DNA of 64,000 nucleotides, taken from Cycas panzhihuaensis. Taxonomy: Eukaryota; Plantae; Cycadophyta. Positions 1 to 11,505 of the stretch are shown here, piece after piece. The notes below the pieces were generated by a model. It saw nothing but the letters and a program-made list of their open reading frames with translations. It did no database searches and had not been told where the DNA came from. Within the stretch, counting starts at the first letter, position 1; each line of letters begins with the position of its first letter. A program made the position numbers and the translations under genes. The stretch is from NCBI GenBank assembly GCA_023213395.1, contig CM041465.1, forward strand, positions 204,173,741-204,237,740, in the 5' to 3' direction.

Positions 1-1012
1 TGTCATATTTAGCTTTTGTATTCTTATACTTAGTTACTAGTAAAAACTAAGAGAAATACCACCATGATAAAGGGGGTTTTGATGGTGAAATGATATTTCA
101 TGGCTTCGACTCTTATTAATGGGATATGATATTTTCTATGATAAATCAACTCATGTATAAGTATTATTATTAAAAGCTATAAAATTTTAACTAAACTATA
201 TTATGCATCTAATAAAAAGCATCTACTAACATAAGTAAAAACAACCTAACACAACAAGCCATTAAAAAATAAATAAATTTAATTTAATATTGCATTATAT
301 TTTGTCACATTCTATTGCATTATATACAAGAAGAAAGAATTTACAACAATTATTTGCTATGTTTACACCATACATTATAATATATTTGGAATAAGTGAGC
401 ATAATTCAAAGAACCCTATGATAGATCGGATAAATAACATAGTATAATGTAATGTAATGTAATGGATTGAATTTAGGGATTTCCATCCTTTTAATCCATT
501 CTTAAGCATTGAAAACATCTTATGTCCTCATTAAAGACTAGAATATCCATTTTGTATAAAGCTCTCAAGTACCCCACATACCTCTCAAAATATGTATAAT
601 TTTAAAAGTAAGTAATTTCATTAATAATAATCAAAATTATATTCTAATATATAGAGAGAGTATCTCAAGATGATCTATGTCGTTATGTAGACATAATGGC
701 CATTTGCCTCTTCATTCTTGGCTAGTCAAAGGAAGTTGGGCCACAACTCACACTTGGTTTACTAGTTGCCACCATCTGATAGACCTTTGACTCTTGCTCC
801 TTGAGACAAATATTCACGAAATCTGAAACTTTTGTACCACAACTTATTTCCAACTCAAGAAACACCTTCAAACAAATGTTGTTATTTTTAGTGCTTTGCA
901 TGTAAAAGATTGGGTTATCAAATCCTTGTGACTTAATGGGCACTTCACCCAATTGTATTACATTTGATTTCCTAATTTAATGATAACCATTTTTATTTAT
1001 TTTTTAAATAAA

Positions 1013-1037
1013 ATATATATATATATATATATATATA
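1013..1037. repeat. (AT)n microsatellite
   Basis: Directly visible. Confidence 0.95.
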
Positions 1038-2216
1038 ATGATAAAATTGTTTTCGTTTTAACTAAAAATGTTGTTTTTATATTATCATTAAAAAAAATAG
1101 CGTAAAAAATTCTATATAAACTTTTGAATATCTGACAAATTTCTATTACAAATATTTAGGTCATATTTTGTCAAAATTTTATAATATCATATACGATTTT
1201 AAGGTAGTTCAATTTAATCTACCTACTTAGATAGATACAATTAAAAAAATCTAATATTTTTTGATATGAAATGATAAATTTTTAATAGAGCCCTTGAAAA
1301 AGCAAGGCCAGTGCCTATACCACTTGAAGCAAATATTGATATGATTTACTTTATAAGATTGCAACATGGTCAAATCCTATCTTAATTCATTTAAAATATC
1401 CAAACATAATAGAAAATGAACCATTTATAAAAGATACTTGATATTAATCATTCAACCATATATATACTATAAATATAAATATCATAAAATTGAAATACTA
1501 ACTTCCCGCCTAAGTAAAGCTAAGTATAGCCCCAAAGCATTTATTATCGTACTTATATATACAAGAAAGTAAATAGGTCATAGACTAAAAAGGATTTATA
1601 CAAAATGGGCCTAATTTATAAATAAAAAAGAATCGCATGACTATCTAATCAAATCTTTTAAATTGAATAAAGAAAATTTGATATATGAATTAGTGCAATA
1701 TTAAACATGCTTATATATAACCAAAGAATCTATACCTAATAAAAGCTCCTATATATCCAATGTAATGGTCTTAAATTCATCCAATTTTCCTTCTATTTAT
1801 AATATTATATCATATAAAGTTAATTTATAGTATTGGTTTTGAAGCAAGAATGTGGAGCCATTGTCAAGCATTGCCTAGTACTAAAATTTATCAATATTAT
1901 ATAAGATCAAGGCCTTGGGTGTATGCCAAAGATGGCAAGACTCTTAAATGTAACCATAATGATCATATAATACACATGTTCTTTAATTATGTTTCCCTTA
2001 AAGGAGGTAATAATAAAAAAAACCATATGCCCAAATGATTTTTAAAAAATACATTACCAACATACATGCTTAAGTGTCTTACTTTTGCCATATTTAGGGA
2101 AAGCATTATTAATAAGATATATATTTTAAAGTCTTTCTTTTATATGGTGGAGGAGTAATCATGGATGAAATTAAACCTTAGAGGAGATATTCATCTCTAT
2201 ATTATAAAGAATCTTC

Positions 2217-2465
2217 TGATGAAATTAAAGGACAAACACAAGAGAGCAAGCAATAGGGAAAACCAATAATCTGTAAGGAAGGCGGTATTGATGAATACTA
2301 AGGTCTTCAGACCTTATGTAGATATAGCAAGACTAAGAGGATTTGGCTCCCCTCTCAAAGTCCACCACCGCTTAGCATTGACAAATGCTTGACAATGTGG
2401 TGCCATAAGATATGAGTAATTACCTCAATGTGGGCAATCGCCCCAATATGGGCATTATTTTAATA
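2217..2465 (-). repeat. Copia-1 3' LTR
   Basis: Aligns end to end with 19678-19922; adjacent PPT (plus strand TTTCTCCCCT). Confidence 0.92.
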
Positions 2466-2479
2466 TTTCTCCCCTATAA

Positions 2480-5413
2480 TACCTATTTGGGGGGACTCAA
2501 AGATAATCTTTGAATTTCATAAACTTTATTTTGCCAAATGCCTACCATTTGATCCTCTTTGCTACAATAAATCAACTCTAATTCACCTTATTGCATTAAT
2601 TCTTTAATGAAGTGTTGTTCTGTTTCAATATTTTTTTTTTCACCATGAAACATTAGATTCGTAGTCATTTGGATTGTACTCTGATTATTACAAAATAACT
2701 ATATAAGACCAATTTGTTCTTCTTATAAATCCTAAAGTAATTTCCTAAGCCAAACTATCTCACAAGCTCTTGTTCCAACTGCTTTGTATTCTGCTTCTAT
2801 AGTAAAGAGAGATATTATTGCCTATTTCTTTAAGCTCCATGCTATTGCTATTGAGCCCAAACTAAATGCATAACCTAAAGTAGATTTCCTATCATTTACA
2901 TGACTTGCCTAGTCCGAGTCTATATAACTAATCAACTTGTAACCCCCTCATAACCTGTAATGCAAACCATACCCAATAGTACCTCTAAGATACCTGACAA
3001 TCCTTTTGGTTGCCTATTAATGTTTTACCTTAGGCTCGTGCATAAACTTTGAAACCATACTGACTCCATACATAATGTTTGGTCAAGTTGAAGTTAAGTA
3101 CATAAGGTTCCTAATCAACTACCTATAAAGAGTAAGATCAACTAATTCAGACTCCTCAAACTTAGATAATTTTAGCCCAACCTCTACTAGTATTGTAGGT
3201 GGCTTCTAACTATCCTTGTTGAATTTGTATAACATATCTAATGTGTATTTTCTCTGTGACACAAATATCCCCTTCTTAAGAAATAATGTATAAATCCCAA
3301 GTCTATCATCTCAAATTCTTTGCACATATCTTTCTTAAACTTTTGGGATAAGTAATCATAATTCCTAGTATATACTAAGTCATCCACATATAAGCTGACA
3401 ATTAATATTGAGCTTCTTTCCAATTTTATATATAACTTGGGATTTAATTAGCTCCTTAAAAATTCTTTATTCTTAAAATATTTATCAATCATAGAGTGCC
3501 ATGCTCTAGGTGCTTATTTAAGTCCATATAAGGCCTTTTTGAGTTTGTAGATATTGTCTTACTTTTCTTTTACTTCAAAACCTTTAGGTTGTTGGGCATA
3601 TATCTCCTCATCTACATATCTATTAAGGAAGGCACTCTTCACATCCGTTTGATGGACTATCCAACCTTGTTATGTCATTAAATTCATGATTAATCTAACT
3701 ATTTCCAACCTTGCAACATGTGCAAATATTTCATTGTAGTCTATGCTTTCAATTTGAGCATAGTACCTTATAACTAATTGCACATTGTATTTGTCAATAT
3801 ACCCATCTAACTTATACTTGGTTTTATAGACCCATTTTCTCCCAATGACATTCTTTTTAGGTGGCAAATTAACTAATTCCTATATATCATTCTTCACTAA
3901 AGCATTATATTCTTCCTTCATTGCATTTCTCCATTCTACTTAGTTATTTATCTCTTCAAAGTTTTGAGGCTCATTTGACTCCATATCTTGAGTCATAAGT
4001 ATAAAATTTACCCTTTAAGATATTGTTATTCTTCTCTCAAAGTTTGTGTCTAAAATTTTTAAGAATCGTGAGTCCTTTGTACCTATTTTAGAACCTTTTG
4101 GCTTGAAGTAAATGGTCCTACTTCACTTGCACTAGGCACATTTCTATCACTTGAGTTAGAGTCCACTTCAATCACAATGATTTTACATTTTCATTTTTCA
4201 ATAACTTCCTCTTGATAGAATTCATCTTCCTAAAGATAACATCTCTACTCATAATGGTTCTATTACTCTTAGGGTCATATAATTTATAGGATCTTGATGA
4301 GTTACTATATCTTATAAATATGCACTTAGTGCTTTTATCATTTAATATTATCTTTCTTTATTTTGGAATATGTGCATAGGCTATACACCAAAAAATCTTA
4401 AGTATTTGATGCTTGTTTTATGATCTATCTAAGCCTCCTCAAGTGTACGCCATCTCACTACCTTAGTTATATATTTGTTGAATAAAAAAATAGTTGCATG
4501 TATAACTTTTGCCTAATATTCATTGCCAAGATGCTTATCCTTAAGCATTCTCTTAGCCATCTTAATAATGGTCATGTTCTTTCTTTCTATAACCCCATTT
4601 TGTTAAGGGGTGTAGGGATTTGTAAGCTGCTTCTTTATCCTAAAATATTTGTAACAATCCTTGATTTCATTTGAAATGAATTCTCTCAATTATTTGATCT
4701 AAGAGTTAATATGTTATGTTCACTATGCCTTTCAATCGTGACTTTGAAATTAATAAAATATTGAAGTGCATTTGACTTGTACTTAAGAAAATGAACCTAA
4801 GTCATCCTTATAAGTCATTAATGAAAGTTATAAAGTGTTTAGTTCCTCTAAGTAAAGCTACATATATTGGTCCATATGTATACTAGCTAAAGAGGCCTAT
4901 TTGCCTTATAACTGTCATTAGGAAATCCTTCCCTTTGTTGTTTACCTAGTATACAACCTTCATATACTTTTTTTCCATGTTTAATGTCAAATAGGCCAAT
5001 TACCATTTCCATCTTGTTTATGAATGCCAAGATGTTATTGTTTACATAACTAAGTATTTTATACTAAGCCTTACTATCCAAATTAATTGATAACTTCAAG
5101 GTGTAATAATCTATTAGGAGAATGACTAGTTTAAATAATCTATCACTAGTCATTTAACCCTTAGCAAGTATTGCTTTATTCCTTAACTTGTCCTTAATTG
5201 TACACTCACCATTATCAAAGGTAACCTTATACTTTTGCTTCATCATTTATCCTATTAATAACAAGTTTTTCTTAAATGTAGGGACATGGAATACATCAAT
5301 AATACATCTAGATTCTCTAAAGTCTATTTGGATGGCTACATTTTGTTTACCAATTGCAGCTTGAGTGGGATTATCTCCAAATATTAATTTACCTTTTTTA
5401 GTGTTGTCTAACT
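2480..5413 (-). pseudogene. Copia-1 pol remnant (protease C-part, integrase, RT, RNase H)
   Basis: ORF fragments 3238-3423 (LYVDDLVY..FEMIDLGFIHYFL) and 3670-3867 (VIGRKWVYKTK..IDYNEIFA); many stops. Confidence 0.9.
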
Positions 5414-5751
5414 TATTAGAATATAATGTCTAATCATTTTGTATATTAATCATACGTATTATAACATGTGTCATTATTCTATGTATCGGTTACAAAGTAG
5501 TTCTAGAAGGTTATAAACCCTAATTATCTTTTTAACCATACTGGTGTACAGACATGTCTATGCAATCGTACGTAAATGCTTCTCCATACAAGATTTAGAC
5601 CTAAAATGGCTCTGATACCATGTAGGATTGATGCTACAATGGCAAATGAAGAATACTTGATGATCTTATATATATATATATATAAGATCATCAAGTATTA
5701 TATATATATAATACTTGATGATCTTATATATATATATATAAGATCATCAAG

Positions 5752-5802
<51 letters not shown>

Positions 5803-5811
5803 ATCATCAAG

Positions 5812-5856
<45 letters not shown>

Positions 5857-5865
5857 ATCATCAAG

Positions 5866-5918
<53 letters not shown>

Positions 5919-6089
5919 CTCAATAAGATCATCAAGTATTCTTCATTTGCCATTGTAGCATCAATCCTACATGGTATCAGAGCTATTTTAGGTCTAAATC
6001 TATATATATATATATATATATACATATACACACACTCTTAATAAGATCATTAAGTATTCTTCATTTGCCATTGTAGCATCAATCCTACA
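5414..6089 (+). repeat. Copia-2 5' LTR, rearranged (inverted and direct duplications of U5-PBS, (TA)n-spaced 16-mers)
   Basis: 5414-5527 matches the start of the 3' LTR; 5526-5668 is the reverse complement of U5-PBS-leader; two direct U5-PBS copies end at 5971 and 6089. Confidence 0.93.
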
Positions 6090-6802
6090 TGGTATCAGAG
6101 CTATTTTAGGTCTAAATCTTGTCCGGAGAAATATTTACGTACGATTGCACAGACATGTCTGTACACGAGTATGGTAAAAAATATTTTGTCTTAAAATTTG
6201 ATGAAATTTCACCTAGAGAAGTGCCTCGACCTGCTTTTTACTTCTCTCTAAAGGATCAAACTCAAATTTTATTGTTTTGATGCCCTAAAGACTCCCTGAA
6301 GTTGTATAATTGTCATTGGAGTTTTCTACTTATTTCTCACTATATGAACATCTATACTAGGAAAACCTAGTATCAATAGAAAGCCCTCAGTATAAGATTT
6401 CCATTGATATATGACTTGAAGGCCTTCTCCTTCAATTCCATAAGAAATCAATAAAATCGTGAAAAAACCCTAGCCACCTATTGGAGTTTTATCTAGATTT
6501 TTCTCCTTACTGAGAGGTCCATTCAAAAAAATAGTTCCAGATCAGGAATCTACACATTAAGGCCATTCTTTTGACATCTCTTTCAGAGAATTTTAAGAAA
6601 GTTAATTTTTGACTCATTTATTGTATAGTATCGCCACCCGTACGGTTGTCAGCAGCAGTTTTTAATCTTAGGAAAACACTAAAAAAACCTCCTTGCAGTA
6701 TTTTCTTATTTTAACTGAGTATTATAGTCTCTTTCATTTCTTTTAAAAATATATATTAAAAAGAGAGATATATTTGTTGCACTTGCCTTCTTCTTCTCCC
6801 AT

Positions 6803-7196
6803 GGGTAGATAACATTGTTTGGCAGCTACTCATTCCCAGCCTTAGAGACCCTGTTCTAGGGGTCTATAAAAATCATGTTAAACCTGTCATTCTTGGCTAA
6901 GCATATTGGGAGTTTAGAACCATCATGTGAAGCAAGAGGAATTGAAAGGACCCAATACCTAAGCCTCAGATAGAACTCACTCATGAATTTGAGGCTCCAC
7001 GTACCAAAAGGTATATAGAAGGACCCTATAGGACCTTGAGCCCAACCTAGCTTAGGGAGCTTAACCGACTGCCAAAGCCTCGTAGTATATTTAGTGGTTA
7101 GCGCCATGAAGCCACTTGTCTCGAATCTCTATTAGAGGTTTATCGACAAGCCTACGAGTCCAAGTAATCCTGTGTCTAGACTTGATAGAATTACTC
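6803..7196 (+). promoter_or_regulatory. Conserved structured leader module (candidate IRES-like RNA), copy in Copia-2
   Basis: Colinear homology to the minus strand of 45442-45817; conserved stems with variable loops; predicted pseudoknot; ends 8 nt before the gag ATG. Homology is seen directly; function is inferred. Confidence 0.6.
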
Positions 7197-7204
7197 ACCT
7201 TCTC

Positions 7205-10200
7205 ATGGCTTCCTCTCTTTAATTTTTCGAGTCTAAAAAACTCACCAATGATAACTATGAATCATGGAAGACCAAGATGAGATCAATTTTAGTCGCTTAG
7301 GGTGCATGGGACCAGATGGGCAGTGCCAAACATGAGCCTGCAAACACTGTTGAAAAGAAGGTGCACATGGAACAAAAAGGTGTTGCACTTGCCTCCATAA
7401 CTATGTCAGTTGCATACTCCATCCTACCTCACATAGCAAGCACCACCACTCCTCATGAAGCTTGGACCACATTGAAGACCTTATATACCTAGAAAAACAT
7501 AGCTTGTGTCATGGCACTCAAAAGCCAAATGGCTACCCTAAGGATGTCTGAATTAGAAGACTTCACCTCCTTTCTTGAACGATTCAAGCTTCTTCATGAA
7601 AACCTGATGTTAATTGGAATGAGTTATTTAGATGGTCACCTCATTGATCTTATTATACACAAACTTCCTGCCTGATTCTAGAACTTTGTTACATCTTACA
7701 AGTTGACAATAGAAATTGTACAACCCTTATTCACTATTATTTATGGCCAACTTCTACATCATGAGCAGACTGAAACCAATCTTGAGAATGAATTAGAAAA
7801 TGCATTTTCATCTTGAGTAAGTATACGAAGCAGGGGCACCACCAACAAAGGAGCTTTTCGTGCATTAGACCGAGGGAGAAGATGACCCACAAACTATACT
7901 CCTAGTAGAGGATAATCTTCTCCCTGTACTCACTCGATCTAATACTCGGGAGGATGACTCAGTCACCAAATCATCTGATATTATTATAAAAAACCTGGTC
8001 ACTACACCATCGGCTGTCGTCACCACAAAGCTAACATAGAAAGGGGGATCATAGCCTCAGGTAGCTACTTAGGACAACTTGACAGAAAGGAGTTAATTAA
8101 AGAAGAAGAAGAAGAAGAAGAGACTATGTTTGTAATAACTCTTTCCTCAGCAGTAAAGAACAAAAATCATGATAATTGGTTTATAGACTCTAGAGCTTCT
8201 AGACACATGATCAGTAAGCGAGCATGGTTCAACAGCATAAGCCCTTCTTAAAATTGCAGCTTAGTCGAACTTGGAGATGATAGCATCCATCCAATACAAG
8301 GGCATAGAATAATGCCTATTACCTTATCAGATGGAAACACTAAAAAAATTGGCCATGTGCTCTATGTACTAGGGATGACAAAAAACATGTTATCTATATC
8401 TCAACTGATAGACAACAAGCTCCGGGTCCTATTTGATAGTGATGGATGTGTCATTTTTGATAAGTACAAAGGGAACAAAGTAATTTGTGAGGGCATTAAA
8501 ACTAATAGATTGTACAAATTTCTTGCCACACCAGTTCACATTGCCCTTCATATAACTAAAAATTTTGATAATGGAAAACTTTGGAATTTATGCTATGGTC
8601 ATTTGTCTTATGATGCTTCATCCTTATTAAGCAAACATGATATAGTGCATGGCCTTCCATGGATAAAAAACTCTACCTCTATTTGTAACACATACATGAT
8701 GGGCAAATAATGTAAACTGTAATTCTCTGCCAACGCTACCAGAGCACATTACAAATTGCAACTAATTCACAATGATCTCTATAGTCCATTCACTCCCCCA
8801 TCCTTATAAAGGGCATGCTACTATTTGACCTTCATAGACAATTGCACCAAAAAGATCTCGATCTATTTTCTTAAATTAAAATTTGATATATTTGACACCT
8901 TTCTTAAATTTAAAGCCAAAGTTGAAAAAGAAAGTGAATGCAACATCAGATACTTGAGGACTGATAATGGTGGGGAATTCACATCCAATGAATTCACACA
9001 ATACTACAAGAAAAATGGTATACAAAGACAATTTACAACTCCTCACTCTCCACAATCCAATAGAGTGGCTGAGAGGAAAAATAAGACATAACAGGGATGA
9101 CTTATTCCTTGCTAACAAAAAGGGGTAGGCAACAAATATTAAGTTGAAGTAGTAAATACAGTTATATACATTCTCAACAAGAGTCCAATTAAAGCTTTAG
9201 AGAACATAACCCCTGAAGAAGCATGGTCAGAGCAGAAGCCAGATGTCTCACACCTTTGAGTCTTTGGATCAACCATCTACATGCACATTCTTGCTGAAAA
9301 GAGAAAGAAATTAGATGATAAAAGCAAGAGATGCATTCTTGTGGGATACGGTGAAGTATCCAAAGCATATCAATGCCTAGATCCTCTAACGAATAAGATC
9401 TATCCCAGTAGGGATGTGCACTTTGACAAATCAACTAATGAAGACCCCATTGATGGGAAAATTGTACCTACTTAGTCAGTTGACATCATCATACCAAGTT
9501 AGACTCAATCTCACTCTCAGATAGATCAAGGTGAACAACAAGGAATAAAAAATACACTAACACCGATTGTCAGCACAAGTGTCTTTGATGAAGGATCACA
9601 CTCATCTAAACAGAACAGGGCTGTCAACAACTCAATTCAACCACAAAATCTCTCACAAAAAAATGTTTTAAAATGGTACCTGAAAACAATGGAGGAATCT
9701 AAAGTAAATCCAAATCTCATTCAACAAGGGAAAAGAACCATAAGTCAAATGCATCACGGGCTTGCTACTCAATATAATATATCATATCAACAAGCCCAAA
9801 ATGATCCTCATTGGAAAGAAGCAATGAATAAATAAATGGAATCAATCTACAGTAATAAAACTTGGGAACTCACTACTCCTCCTCAAGGAAAACCCATCAT
9901 TGGATGTAGATGGTTGCATAAAATCAAGGAAAAATATGATGGATCAATTAAGAAATACAAGGCTCAACTTATTGCAAAAGGCTATTCTCAAACTCAAGGA
10001 ATAGATTATGATGAAACATTTGCTTCTATCAGTAAAATAACAACCATTAGGACAGTAATTGCCCTAGTTACACAAAATAATTAGCCAATATATCAAATGG
10101 ATGTTAAAGAAGTCTTTCTTAATGGAGATCTTCATGAGGAAGTATACATGGAATAACCACTAGGATACATCACACAAGGACAAGAACACCTTGTCTACAA

Positions 10201-11310
10201 ACTTAACAAGCCTCTTTATGGACCAAAACAAGCTCCTAAGGCTTGGTATGCAAAGATGGACTCCTACCTACGAAGTCTTGGAATAAAGCGATTAGAAGTT
10301 GACTCTAGCCTTTACATTCACACTGATAAGAATGACAAAGTCATAATTCTTATATTGAATGGTGATGATCTGATACTCACTCATAATAACACCAACTGGA
10401 TCAACTCTTTATGACTTCAGTTGTCCAAAATCTTCAAAATAATAGATATAGGAGAAATCCACTACTACCTAGGAATAGAAATTCATAAGCTAAAGGGTGG
10501 AATCTTCATACATCAAAGTAAGTATACAACACGCATATTAAAAGACTTTAGTATGATAGACTAAAAACCATCTCTTACACCCATGTACTCTAAAACCAAG
10601 TTCATTGTTGATCCTGATGGGGAACTAGTAAATGAAACTCATTACAAGAAACTAGTTGGAAATCTCATATATCTCACTTCAACTAGACCAGACATTGCAT
10701 TTGCAGTAGGACTAATCTCAAGGTACATGTCTGCCCTAAAGGTATCACATTAGAAAGCAACCAAGCATATTCTTCGTTACCTGCAAGGATCAAAGACATA
10801 TAATATTTACTACAGTAATCAAGGATCAAATCCATTAATCAGGTACACAGACTCAGACTGGGCATGAGACATTAATAGTTAGAAATCTACCTCTCGATAC
10901 TGTTTTGATGTAGGAAACGGTATTATATCTTGGAGAACGAAGAAATAATCTATTGTATCATTATCTGCATCTGAAGTAAAATACTAAGAAGTAGTTCAAT
11001 CCTCCTATGGGGCTATTTGGCTAAGACATCTCTTGGATGAACTACAGTTTTCTCAAAAGGCTACAACCGTAATCAATTGTAACAATCAGAGCACCATTTA
11101 AATGACAAAAAACCCAGTTTTTCATGCCTGAATGAAACATATTGAAGTTCATCATCACTTCATTTGATAGAAAGTAGACAGAGGGGAAGTCAAATTATCC
11201 TATTATCCAAGTTCAAAACAATTAGCTGACATCTTCACAAAACCTCTTCCCAAGAAGAAGTTCATGTACCTCAGAGATAAGATCAGCATGAAGGAAAAGG
11301 ATATGACATT
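7205..11310 (+). pseudogene. Copia-2 gag-pol remnant
   Basis: MASSLIFESKKLTNDNYESWKTKMRSIL; WFIDSRASRHM; ORFs 8312-8710, 8825-9091, 9281-9475, 9836-10084; RNase H KHIEVHHHF. Confidence 0.93.
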
Positions 11311-11319
11311 AAGAGGGGA

Positions 11320-11505
11320 TGTTAGAATATAATGTCTAATCCTTTTGTATATTAATGACACGTGTTATAACACATGTCATTATTCTGTGTATCGGTTACA
11401 AAGTAGTTCCAGAAGGTTACAAACCCTAATTATATATATATACTCTTATACTCTCAATAAGATCATCAAGTATTTTTTATTTGCCATTGTAGAATGAATC
11501 CTACA
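11320..11505 (+). repeat. Copia-2 3' LTR (186 bp)
   Basis: TG...CA termini, follows PPT, followed by TSD. Confidence 0.95.

Larger units (their letters stand above)
5414..11505 (+). mobile_element. Copia-2: full-length Ty1/Copia element inserted in the protease of Copia-1
   Basis: TSD TAACT (5409-5413, 11506-11510); 3' LTR 11320-11505; PPT AAGAGGGGA 11311-11319; PBS TGGTATCAGAGC 6090-6101; gag ATG 7205; INT (LRTDNGGEF) precedes RT. Confidence 0.96.

Noticed and set aside
1850-2038. 62-aa ORF
   Set aside because: Short, with no recognisable motif or gene context.
5576-5926. ORFs rich in IY repeats
   Set aside because: Translation of (TA)n microsatellite.
5652-5940. CRISPR-like array of AAGATCATCAAGTATT repeats
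   Set aside because: Spacers are pure (TA)n, repeats occur in both orientations and derive from the LTR U5, and there are no cas genes in this eukaryotic context.
6856-7107. 83-aa antisense ORF over the leader module
   Set aside because: I saw no matching protein in the Gypsy-2 homolog; conservation follows stems, not codons.
7090-7120. Resemblance to pistol/hammerhead ribozyme cores or to HCV and dicistrovirus IRES motifs
   Set aside because: Only short word matches; no CUGANGA/GAAA core, no pistol pseudoknot partner, and the pairing order differs from HCV. The module is left unassigned.
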